From Candidatus Magasanikiibacteriota bacterium (GTDB lineage Bacteria > Patescibacteriota > Patescibacteriia > Magasanikbacterales > GWA2-37-8), in contig JAUSEN010000015.1 in NCBI GenBank assembly GCA_030650025.1, positions 13,728 to 77,727 of the forward strand: 64,000 nt of DNA, read 5' to 3'. The notes below the pieces were generated by a model, which saw nothing but the letters and a program-made list of their open reading frames with translations, was not told the origin of the DNA and ran no database searches. Position 1 is the first letter of the stretch, and each line of letters opens with the position of its first letter. Both the position numbers and the translations under genes were made by a program. Of this stretch, positions 27,661 to 36,129 are shown piece by piece.

Positions 27661-29151
27661 ATGATCCGTACCCGTTTTGCTCCGAGCCCGACTGGTTGGT
27701 TGCATGTGGGAGGCCTCCGTACCGCCCTCTATGCTTATTTAATTGCCAAAAAACAGGGCGGGCAGTTTTTGGTGCGTATCGAGGACACAGACCGCGAACG
27801 ATTTGTAGAAACCGGCACGCTCAATATTTTAAAATCTCTCTCTTGGGCAGGGGTAGTTCCGGACGAAGGCGTAGTGCTTGATGCTGGCGGAAAAATCACT
27901 CAAAAAGGCGATTTAGGGCCGTATATACAGTCCGAACGTCTAGCCATATACAAAAAATACGCCGCCGAGCTCCTCGATAAAAAATCGGCTTATTATTGTT
28001 TTTGTACGAGCGAACGACTCGAAGAATTACGTAAGCAGCAAGAATTAAATAAATTGCCTGGCGGCTATGATGGCGAATGCTTAAAAAATTCTACTCCAGA
28101 AGACGCCAAGAAAAGGGTGGCGGCGGGTGAGAAGCATGTAGTGCGTCTCAAGATGCCTAAAGACGGAGAAACAGTGTGGCATGATTTAGTTCGCGGCGAA
28201 GTCAGTTTTAAGAATGCTCTAGTGGACGACCAAGTTTTAATTAAATCCGATGGTTTCCCCACGTATCACTTGGCGGTGGTTGTTGATGATCATGAGATGC
28301 GAATTACCCACGTTATTCGCGGTGAAGAATGGGTTTCGAGCACGCCCAAGCATATTCAGCTGTATAAATATTTTGGTTGGGAAATGCCGGAATTTGCCCA
28401 TTTGCCGCTTCTTCTTAACCCCGATAAATCCAAGTTAAGCAAGCGCCAGGGCGATGTCGCGGTGGAGGATTATAACAATAAAGGATACTTGCCCGAAGCC
28501 CTTATAAATTTCGTCGCCTTTTTAGGCTGGAACCCGGGTACGAATAAAGAAATATACTCACTATCAGAGTTAGTACAGGATTTTAGTTTAGAAAAAGTTA
28601 GTAAATCCGGGGCGGTGTTTAATCTGGAGAAATTAAATTGGTTTAATAAAGAGTATTTAAAAAATTATTCTGGAGAAAAATTAGCTGAATTAGTTCCAGA
28701 ATTTTTTGTTAACAACGATTTTTATCATGATTTTACAGAAAAGTTAGCTGATAAAAATTTTTTTGGCAAAATTCTTGATCTTGAAAAAGAACGAGTTACG
28801 ACGCTCGCGGAATTGCCCGCAGCCGTCAAGTTTATTTTTAAAATTCCGGAATATTTGCCAGAAATTTTAGTGTGGCGTAAAGGCACTCTGGACGAAGTAA
28901 AAATAATTTTACCAGAATTAAAAAATTACTTAGAGAATTTTGAAGTCGGGGAGTGGAATGAAAAAAATTTAGAAGCAAAAATAAAAATTTGGCTTGAATC
29001 CAAAAAATACTCTACCGGATCGGTTTTGTGGCCTCTGCGCGTAGCGCTTAGTGGCCAGCAGAACAGTCCCGGGCCATTTGAGATTGCCGCGGTATTAGGC
29101 AAGGCAGAATCACTGGCGCGTCTAGATTTAGCTATCAGAAAACTGAAATAA
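27661..29151 (+). CDS. gltX: glutamate--tRNA ligase
   Basis: RFAPSPTG.LHVG, RIEDTD, HVIRGEEW, KLSKR. Confidence 0.97.
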   Translation: MIRTRFAPSPTGWLHVGGLRTALYAYLIAKKQGGQFLVRIEDTDRERFVETGTLNILKSLSWAGVVPDEGVVLDAGGKITQKGDLGPYIQSERLAIYKKYAAELLDKKSAYYCFCTSERLEELRKQQELNKLPGGYDGECLKNSTPEDAKKRVAAGEKHVVRLKMPKDGETVWHDLVRGEVSFKNALVDDQVLIKSDGFPTYHLAVVVDDHEMRITHVIRGEEWVSSTPKHIQLYKYFGWEMPEFAHLPLLLNPDKSKLSKRQGDVAVEDYNNKGYLPEALINFVAFLGWNPGTNKEIYSLSELVQDFSLEKVSKSGAVFNLEKLNWFNKEYLKNYSGEKLAELVPEFFVNNDFYHDFTEKLADKNFFGKILDLEKERVTTLAELPAAVKFIFKIPEYLPEILVWRKGTLDEVKIILPELKNYLENFEVGEWNEKNLEAKIKIWLESKKYSTGSVLWPLRVALSGQQNSPGPFEIAAVLGKAESLARLDLAIRKLK

Positions 29152-29168
29152 ACCTGATATTTTTAGTA

Positions 29169-29196
29169 GTAGGGGCATGATATATCATGCCCCTAC
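29169..29196. repeat. GTAG-type REP-like perfect palindrome
   Basis: GTAGGGGCATGATA|TATCATGCCCCTAC, 28-bp perfect inverted repeat. Confidence 0.8.
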
Positions 29197-29238
29197 GGTA
29201 CGCTTTCAAGCCATAAAATATTATGCTATAATACCGCC

Positions 29239-30456
29239 ATGAATAAGCGGTATTTTTTTAGCATAATTGCGATACTCGCCGGTATTTTTTGTATACCGTT
29301 TTTTGCGTTGGCCGAACCCAGTGCTGGGCAACCGGAAATTGAAGTTTTAAATAAAGCCATTTCCGCTCGGCAGGACAAAATTAAGCAACTGGAAGATACT
29401 ATTTCTAAATACAAAAAAAATATTGCGGAAAAACAAAGCGAGGCGGTGTCACTCAAAAATCAGATGAGTATTCTCGATAATCATATCGCGCAAGCCCAAA
29501 CTGATATTGACCTAATAATAGAAAAAATTAAACAAGCGGCCCTCGAAATTGAAGCTTTGCAGATCGATATCAACGATAAACTAAATACTATCGCGCGGCA
29601 AAAACAAATTGTGGCAACTCTTGTTAAAAATATTCACGCTTCGGACCAAAAAAATTATTTAGAAATCATGTTGAGTTACCAATCGTTCGCGCAATTTTAC
29701 GACGAACTCAAGCAAACCGAAAATGTTTATACGGACGTTGGCCGCGCTTTAAAAAATGTGCGGCTCGCTAAAGAACAGCTGGAACGCAAGCGCGAACAAG
29801 TAGGGGCCAAACAAAACATGTATCAGGCGCTTCAAGATGAATTGCAAAATAAAAAAGATAATTTAACAAGCGAGAACACTTATAAACAAAAACTTTTAGC
29901 CGATACTAAAAATAAAGAAAGCATCTACCGCACCTTGCTCGAAAGCCAAAAACGCGAATATCAGGTAGTCGAGAGGGAGATTCGGACATTTGAGGACCAA
30001 GTGCGTAAAAAGTTAGCCGAGCAGGACAAAATTGCCGCCTCTGGGTTGGTGAGCATGATTTGGCCAACCCCGAGCCACATCATTAACGCGACTTTTCACG
30101 ACCCAGAATACCCGTTTCGGCGCGTTTTTGAGCATAGTGGTCTAGATCTAAAAGCCCCTCAAGGCACGCCCATTCGCGCGGCCGCGCCTGGGTTTATTGC
30201 TAAAGCTAGGCGTTGTTCCGTTGCCTCCTGCTACAGCTATATTTTACTAGTGCATACTGGCAACTTATCAACCCTGTACGGCCATTTAAGCAAAATTACA
30301 ATTAGCGACGACGAATTTATTAATCAAGGCGATGTGATTGGTTATTCTGGTGGCACCCCGGGGACAGTCGGCGCCGGTCCGTTTGTGACCGGCCCACATC
30401 TCCATTTTGAAGTGAGGTTAAATGGTATTCCGGTTGATCCGCTCGGTTATTTGTAA
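29239..30456 (+). CDS. coiled-coil plus M23 peptidase (EnvC/CwlO-like murein hydrolase)
   Basis: Signal peptide, long coiled coil, HSGLD, YGH, TGPHLHFEV. Confidence 0.88.
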   Translation: MNKRYFFSIIAILAGIFCIPFFALAEPSAGQPEIEVLNKAISARQDKIKQLEDTISKYKKNIAEKQSEAVSLKNQMSILDNHIAQAQTDIDLIIEKIKQAALEIEALQIDINDKLNTIARQKQIVATLVKNIHASDQKNYLEIMLSYQSFAQFYDELKQTENVYTDVGRALKNVRLAKEQLERKREQVGAKQNMYQALQDELQNKKDNLTSENTYKQKLLADTKNKESIYRTLLESQKREYQVVEREIRTFEDQVRKKLAEQDKIAASGLVSMIWPTPSHIINATFHDPEYPFRRVFEHSGLDLKAPQGTPIRAAAPGFIAKARRCSVASCYSYILLVHTGNLSTLYGHLSKITISDDEFINQGDVIGYSGGTPGTVGAGPFVTGPHLHFEVRLNGIPVDPLGYL

Positions 30457-30461
30457 TTTTT

Positions 30462-31241
30462 ATGACTGATTTTAATAATATTAGATCAGAACAAATTGTA
30501 ATTGACGGTCTCTTAACCAGTTTTATCGCTTCTAATAAAACTAGCACTAAGCCGCCCATTCTTTTTTTACACGGCTGGGGTTCTTCAAAAGAAGTGTGGA
30601 ATTTAGCCATGCAAACACTCGAATCTAAAGGCGTTGTTTCTTATGCTCTTGATTTGCCGGGGTTTGGCAAAACCGAAAAACCGCGTGAAGTTTGGAACGT
30701 TCATACTTATGTGGCTTTTATTTTGGAATTTCTTCGCAAGCTCGATATTAAAAAAGTTATCGTTGTCGGCCATTCATTTGGCGGGCGCCTGGCCCTGGTC
30801 TTGGCGGCGGAGAACCCGGCGCTAGTCTCAAAATTAGTCCTGGTCGATAGTGCCGGGGTTAGGACCAAGCCGGGGTTTAAAAAATTTCTGGCATCTGTCT
30901 CTAAACTCGCGCGCCCGCTCTTTCGCCTGCGCTGGACAAATCCGCTTCGCAAAAAAATTTATCGCTTGATTGACGCCGAGGATTATGTAGCCACTCCCGA
31001 GCTTAACAAAACTTTTGTGCAGGTAATTGGCGAAGATTTACAAAGTTATGCTCCGCGTATTTTGCAGCCCACGCTTATCGTGTGGGGCAAAAATGACATG
31101 GTAACGCCTATTTTTTTTGCCACTGAATTTAAGAATAAAATTCCGCGCTCTCGCCTGGTGGTGCTCTCGGGCGCCGGACATTATAGTTTTTTAGACCAAC
31201 CCGCGGAATTCATCGAGGCGCTCCAAAAATTTCTTAACTAA
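30462..31241 (+). CDS. alpha/beta hydrolase
   Basis: LHGWG, DLPGFG, GHSFGG nucleophile elbow, D and AGH triad residues. Confidence 0.9.
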   Translation: MTDFNNIRSEQIVIDGLLTSFIASNKTSTKPPILFLHGWGSSKEVWNLAMQTLESKGVVSYALDLPGFGKTEKPREVWNVHTYVAFILEFLRKLDIKKVIVVGHSFGGRLALVLAAENPALVSKLVLVDSAGVRTKPGFKKFLASVSKLARPLFRLRWTNPLRKKIYRLIDAEDYVATPELNKTFVQVIGEDLQSYAPRILQPTLIVWGKNDMVTPIFFATEFKNKIPRSRLVVLSGAGHYSFLDQPAEFIEALQKFLN

Positions 31242-31243
31242 GT

Positions 31244-32737
31244 ATGACCCATTTTAGTAATACCAATAAACCGAACAGAATACAAATATTTAAAGAAAGA
31301 CTGCGTAGCCTTTATCTTACGATTGGTTTTCACATTTATTTATTACAATTAGAAAATTACGAGTTAGGACGCTACTGGCGGGTGCTTTGGACGGCCCGCT
31401 ATTTTCCTCGCTCATACCCGTGGCGTAAATCAATTGTCTGGACGCCAAAATTATTTTTAATAGTTTTTCTCGCTGTCGCTGTCCATATCGCCTCGAGCAT
31501 CCTTTTTGCCTATTATGTTCCGTTTTTTAATGTGCCCTATGTCGGCTTAGTGATTTTTTGTATTGCTTACCCATTTTTTTTGAGTTTAGCCGTCGTACTA
31601 ATTTGGCCGCTTGATTGTATCGTGAAACAACGGCTCATTGGGCGCGCCGCCAGAAAAATTAACCGATTTAAAAACTTAAAAATTATTGCCATTGCCGGGA
31701 GTTTTGGCAAAACCACTGTCAAAGAAGTGGTGGCCGCGGTGCTCTCTCAAAATTACAAAATTTTAGTAACACCGGACAATATTAATACGCCCCTTGGCAT
31801 TGCCCGCTTAGTTTTAAAAGATCTAACCGCCAGCACCGAAATTTTGATAGTGGAAATGGGGGAGTATTATCGGGGTGACATTAAGAAAATTTGCGCCTTA
31901 ACGCCACCCGATATTAGCGTTGTCACCGGCATTAACGAAGCGCATCTAGAGCGCCTCAAAACCATTGAGAATACCGCGGCCACAATTTTTGAAGTAGTTC
32001 GCTTTGCCAAAACTGACGCTGTTTGTGTTTTAAACGCCGACGATCCTAATGTTTTACGTTACGCTCCGCTTTATGCCCGGAAGCACAAGGTGGCATGGTA
32101 TGGCAATCGCAATCAAAATAATAACGCTGTAAAAATTTCGGAAGTTAAATTCGATCAAAATTTGCTTCAGCAAACGGCCTTTGCCAGGTTAGACGCCGAG
32201 TCAGTCCAAATCGAAACTAAATTACTTGGTTCTTACGCTATTGGCAGTTGCGTGGCCGCTTTAACGGTGGGGAATATTTTGGGTTTAAAACTTAACGCCA
32301 TGGCCGCGCGCCTTTCTCAAGTAAAACCTGTTAAACATCGTTTAGAACCAATTAAAAGCGCTAGCAATGTCTTGGTTATCGACGACAGTTACAATGGCAA
32401 TCCCGCGGGCGTCTCTGAAGCCGTACATTTGCTAAACCAATTCGATCGCACCCGCCGCCGCATATTTTTAACCCCCGGGCTTGTGGAAATGGGGAACCAA
32501 ACGCGCTCTGTCCATAATCAAATTGGTCAGGATTTAGCCTCGGCGGTGGACCTCGCTATTCTTATCAAAAACAGCGCTACCCCCTTTATTGCCGAGGGTC
32601 TGCTAAAAGCCGGCTTTGCCAAAGACAAAATTATATGGTTTAATACTGCCCTCGAAGCTCACGCCGCTCTTAAAAACATTCTTAAACCGCATGATGTGAT
32701 ATTATTCCAGAACGACTGGGGCGATAATTATATATAA
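31244..32737 (+). CDS. murF: UDP-MurNAc-tripeptide--D-Ala-D-Ala ligase with N-terminal TM segments
   Basis: AGSFGKTTVKE, NT.LG, VEMG, DDSYN.NP, GLVEMG; next to ddl. Confidence 0.88.
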   Translation: MTHFSNTNKPNRIQIFKERLRSLYLTIGFHIYLLQLENYELGRYWRVLWTARYFPRSYPWRKSIVWTPKLFLIVFLAVAVHIASSILFAYYVPFFNVPYVGLVIFCIAYPFFLSLAVVLIWPLDCIVKQRLIGRAARKINRFKNLKIIAIAGSFGKTTVKEVVAAVLSQNYKILVTPDNINTPLGIARLVLKDLTASTEILIVEMGEYYRGDIKKICALTPPDISVVTGINEAHLERLKTIENTAATIFEVVRFAKTDAVCVLNADDPNVLRYAPLYARKHKVAWYGNRNQNNNAVKISEVKFDQNLLQQTAFARLDAESVQIETKLLGSYAIGSCVAALTVGNILGLKLNAMAARLSQVKPVKHRLEPIKSASNVLVIDDSYNGNPAGVSEAVHLLNQFDRTRRRIFLTPGLVEMGNQTRSVHNQIGQDLASAVDLAILIKNSATPFIAEGLLKAGFAKDKIIWFNTALEAHAALKNILKPHDVILFQNDWGDNYI

Positions 32738-32746
32738 ATCATTAGT

Positions 32747-32842
32747 TGCTCAATTGGTTTGGTTTTGAGCGGGTTATTGAGCCGCAGCGAAATCCCCGAG
32801 GCCTCGCGGCCGAGGAAAGCGAAAAGCCAAACCAATTGAGCA
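32747..32842. repeat. 96-bp element with 16-bp perfect terminal inverted repeat and internal hairpins (MITE-like or structured RNA)
   Basis: TGCTCAATTGGTTTGG ... CCAAACCAATTGAGCA; internal CCTCG-CGGC-CGAGG hairpin. Confidence 0.75.
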
Positions 32843-32854
32843 TGCCAGTTATCT

Positions 32855-34042
32855 ATGCAGACTATCGGCGTATTTTTTGGGAGCCGCTCTCCGGAGCACG
32901 ACATTTCCGTTATCACGGGAGTATTTATTATCGCGGAATTAAAAAAGTTAGGTTATTCAGTGGTGCCAGTGTATATCGGCAAAACAGGGGAGTGGTATAT
33001 TTCCGATACGGTCGGCTCTCTTAAATTTTTTACGCAGAAAAATTACGAGGCCGAGCTCGCTAAAAATAACTTTCAAAAATATTTTTTAGATCTCGAATCC
33101 TCGCGCGGAAAAATTGTTTTTAAGCGCAAGGGTTTGGCCGGCCGCGAGATAACTATTGATGTAGCTTTCCCAGCACTCCACGGTTCTTTTGGCGAGGACG
33201 GCACTATCCAGGGCCTTTTCGAAATGCTCGGTGTGCCCTATGTTGGTTGTGACGTAACCGCTTCGGCCGTTACTATGGACAAAGTATTAACAAAACTTTT
33301 GTACCAAAGCCTAGAGATCCCCACCACAAAATTTGTACACTTTACCAAAAACGACTGGGAGAACGATAAAAACAGCATTCTCAAAAGCATTAATCAAACC
33401 TTAACGTATCCCGTATTTGTTAAGCCCGCGCGCCTGGGCTCTTCTATTGGCATTGCTAAAGTTAGTAAGCCAGCTGTAATCAGTGATTTAGAGACCAAAA
33501 TCGAGGTGGCCCTCCACTATGATACTAAGGCTCTGGTTGAAGAAGGCGTGGATCCGGTTGTAGATTTAACCTGCGCGCTTATTGGTAATGAGTCTGTTAC
33601 CCCCTCGCTCCTTCAGGAGTCAGTTTTTGCTAGCGATTTATTTAATTTTGAAGAAAAGTACCTTACCGATGGCGGTACCCAGCTTGGGGCGTCCAAGCGG
33701 GGGATAGTGACCCCGGCTCGGCTCGAGAGCGATATTTCCGAGTCTATTCAGAACCTGGCTGTAAAGATTTATCGCGATTTTGGCTGCGCGGGAATCGCGC
33801 GCGTGGATTTTTTGTATAACCGTACCACGAAGCAGTTTTTTGCTAACGAAATTAATACTTTGCCCGGCACCCTCTACCACCACTTATGGAAGGCGAGCGG
33901 TAAAGAAATTAGCGTTGTTTTACAAGAACTTATTGCCCTGGCGCTTGAGCGCCAGGCCCAAGCCAAAACTCGAACCTTTACTTTTGCCTCCAGTGTTCTT
34001 GAACAAGCCGGCTCGCTTAAGATACCGGGCAATAAATTGTAA
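32855..34042 (+). CDS. ddl: D-alanine--D-alanine ligase
   Basis: GSRSPEHDIS, LHGSFGEDG, KPARLGSSIG, EKY, ARVDF, NEINTLPG. Confidence 0.93.
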   Translation: MQTIGVFFGSRSPEHDISVITGVFIIAELKKLGYSVVPVYIGKTGEWYISDTVGSLKFFTQKNYEAELAKNNFQKYFLDLESSRGKIVFKRKGLAGREITIDVAFPALHGSFGEDGTIQGLFEMLGVPYVGCDVTASAVTMDKVLTKLLYQSLEIPTTKFVHFTKNDWENDKNSILKSINQTLTYPVFVKPARLGSSIGIAKVSKPAVISDLETKIEVALHYDTKALVEEGVDPVVDLTCALIGNESVTPSLLQESVFASDLFNFEEKYLTDGGTQLGASKRGIVTPARLESDISESIQNLAVKIYRDFGCAGIARVDFLYNRTTKQFFANEINTLPGTLYHHLWKASGKEISVVLQELIALALERQAQAKTRTFTFASSVLEQAGSLKIPGNKL

Positions 34043-34086
34043 ATGGACGGCAACAGCTCTGAATAGCCTAAAAAATAACCTCCGCT

Positions 34087-35055
34087 TTATTTTCCGCCGC
34101 GATGAAATTTTTTGTGAATATCACGCAGTTTTTTATTGGTAACGTGAGTGTAAATTTGGGTAGTGGCAATGTTTTTGTGGCCGAGCAGTTCTTGCACCGA
34201 GCGCATGTCCGCGCCCTGATCTAATAAATCGGTAGCAAAACTGTGGCGGAGAGTGTGGGGGGTGGCATCCACTGGCAAGCCGGCCATCGTCGCATATTTA
34301 CGTACTAAACGTTCCACCGAACGAGGTGTTAAGCGATGTTCTTTATCTTCGGTGTTATTTTTTTGGTAATTAATAAAAAGCGGGGGATATAAATCATTTT
34401 TTCGTGTTTCTAGATATTTAGCCAACCAACCCAGGGCACGCTCGGAGAAATAAACTGTGCGGGTACTGCCGCCTTTACCGTTAATTGCGATTTCTAGATC
34501 TTTAATTTTTTTATTTATAATATTTTTTATGTCAAACGACCTTATATTAAGCGACGTTAATTCCGACACGCGCATGCCAGTAGAAAAGAGGGTTTCGAGT
34601 ATAGTTCGGTCTCGGAGACCGTCGGGAGTGGCCGTATCCGGCATATGCACAAGCTTTTCTACTTGATCAAAGCTCAAAAATTTGATAGTTTTGTCTTTGT
34701 CAGTTAGCTTCGGGAGCTTAATTTTGTCACTGGGAAGGCACTGGATATCGCGTTCTGTAAAGTATGCTAACAGGTTGCGCAGGGCTATCAAGTAGTAGTT
34801 CTGAGTCGTTTTTTTAATATAACGGCCTTTAGAGTCTTTTTTGCGAGAAAGATATAGGCGGTAGTTCCAAATCTGCTCCTGGGTCAATTCCTGGGGTTTT
34901 AGGCTCTCTAGGCGGTTATTTTTAAGCCAACCAGTAAACATCTTGAGAAAATTATCATAATTCCTGGAAGTTACCGGGCTTAAACCCTTCTCAACCTCGC
35001 AATAATCAAGAAAGTCCCGTATATGCTTAATGATTGTGGTATTGGAGCGTTTCAT
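34087..35055 (-). CDS. XerC/XerD-family tyrosine recombinase
   Basis: RD..LE.LFSTGMRVSEL, GKG, HTLRHSFAT, LLGH, TQIYTH. Confidence 0.93.
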   Translation of the reverse strand: MKRSNTTIIKHIRDFLDYCEVEKGLSPVTSRNYDNFLKMFTGWLKNNRLESLKPQELTQEQIWNYRLYLSRKKDSKGRYIKKTTQNYYLIALRNLLAYFTERDIQCLPSDKIKLPKLTDKDKTIKFLSFDQVEKLVHMPDTATPDGLRDRTILETLFSTGMRVSELTSLNIRSFDIKNIINKKIKDLEIAINGKGGSTRTVYFSERALGWLAKYLETRKNDLYPPLFINYQKNNTEDKEHRLTPRSVERLVRKYATMAGLPVDATPHTLRHSFATDLLDQGADMRSVQELLGHKNIATTQIYTHVTNKKLRDIHKKFHRGGK

Positions 35056-35061
35056 AGTATT

Positions 35062-35089
35062 GCGTCGTTTAATCTATGTTATACGACGT
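35062..35089. promoter_or_regulatory. dif-like 11-6-11 palindromic site in the xer leader
   Basis: GCGTCGTTTAA-TCTATG-TTATACGACGT; inner TAA/TTA and 6-bp core as in Xer sites. Confidence 0.7.
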
Positions 35090-35135
35090 TATTATTATAT
35101 TATAATATAGGGCGCTTTGTCCACCGCACTCTCGC

Positions 35136-36125
35136 CTATTTCCAATAAACCCTGTCTCCAAAACGCAGATCTATGTAGCTAGTAATTTTAGGATTTTGGG
35201 CTAGTAAAGTTAGTAAATGGTCAGCCTGTGTTTTTAAATCTTTTTTAAGATCCATGATTACAAACCAGCCCCGCGCCGTATTTAGCCTCACCACTCCCCC
35301 GTTCGACTCATCCCATTCTAAACTGCTGGCTTTGAGTCCTTCCGATTGGTTTACTAAATCAAAAGAATTTAATAAGTTGGAAAATTTAACAGAATCAATT
35401 GGATATTCAAACATTTTAAGTTCGGAACTTAAGGATATTATAACTGGGTAAGCCCCCCAGCGCTTGCGAAGCATTGTTGGGTCAGTCTTAATTTCATTCC
35501 CCCGCTCTCCGTTTAAAAGGGGCGGACTAGAGCTTGTGCTAGTAGAAAGTAATAAGACTTCTGACACTGTCTCCAAAATTTTTAAAATTTGGCCATTTTT
35601 ATCCGCGTACGCAGTATGCGCTTGACCCGCCACTATAGCCGCGGGGATTTTTTGAGTCGCCGTCAAAGCCAGAGAATTAGGAAATTTTTTTTGCACATCA
35701 ACGGCACTCAAAAATTGAAAATCTCGAGCCAGATTATCGGCAATTTTTTTGGTGTCAACAAAAAAATAATTATTTTTAGGAATTACCAGCCAGCCTTTAA
35801 TTTGATCTTTCACCGCTCCGACCAGTTCTTCTTTTTTAAAGAACTCTTCGCTGGTTTCTACTAAAATAGTAGTGATGCGGAAAAAAGGCAGGTATACCAT
35901 TAAAGTGACCCACAAAAAAAAGCAAGCGGCCAGGATATAGAAATATTTTTTCAAACCGATAACTTTGCTAGGAGTGCTGGTTAATTGCCGCCGACCATGC
36001 TGGCCAGCCAAAGTCTGGTGCAGTGACGCGATCTCTTGAGCCCGTTTTTTTCTAGCGCGGCGCTCTCGCCAGCCAAGTTTTGGTTTGTGTTTTTCGGCGG
36101 CGCGAGGAGAATAATCTCGAAGCAT
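35136..36125 (-). CDS. FtsQ/DivIB-like cell division protein
   Basis: Basic cytoplasmic N-terminus, TM, POTRA-like KKFPNSL, C-terminal YIDLRFGDRVYWK. Confidence 0.75.
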   Translation of the reverse strand: MLRDYSPRAAEKHKPKLGWRERRARKKRAQEIASLHQTLAGQHGRRQLTSTPSKVIGLKKYFYILAACFFLWVTLMVYLPFFRITTILVETSEEFFKKEELVGAVKDQIKGWLVIPKNNYFFVDTKKIADNLARDFQFLSAVDVQKKFPNSLALTATQKIPAAIVAGQAHTAYADKNGQILKILETVSEVLLLSTSTSSSPPLLNGERGNEIKTDPTMLRKRWGAYPVIISLSSELKMFEYPIDSVKFSNLLNSFDLVNQSEGLKASSLEWDESNGGVVRLNTARGWFVIMDLKKDLKTQADHLLTLLAQNPKITSYIDLRFGDRVYWK

Positions 36126-36129
36126 GTTA

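Noticed and set aside
32746-33024. 92-aa ORF spanning the murF-ddl spacer
   Set aside because: Arises from the palindromic element and overlaps ddl out of frame
33630-33665. Ddl omega loop LFNFEEKY as a possible D-Ala-D-Lac (vancomycin-resistance) signature
   Set aside because: The diagnostic position (E. coli DdlB Y216, the Tyr of KY) is still Tyr
34087-35055. Tyrosine recombinase as a prophage or integron integrase
   Set aside because: Xer-like length and motifs, no IntI-specific insertion, no attC array or phage genes, housekeeping neighbours
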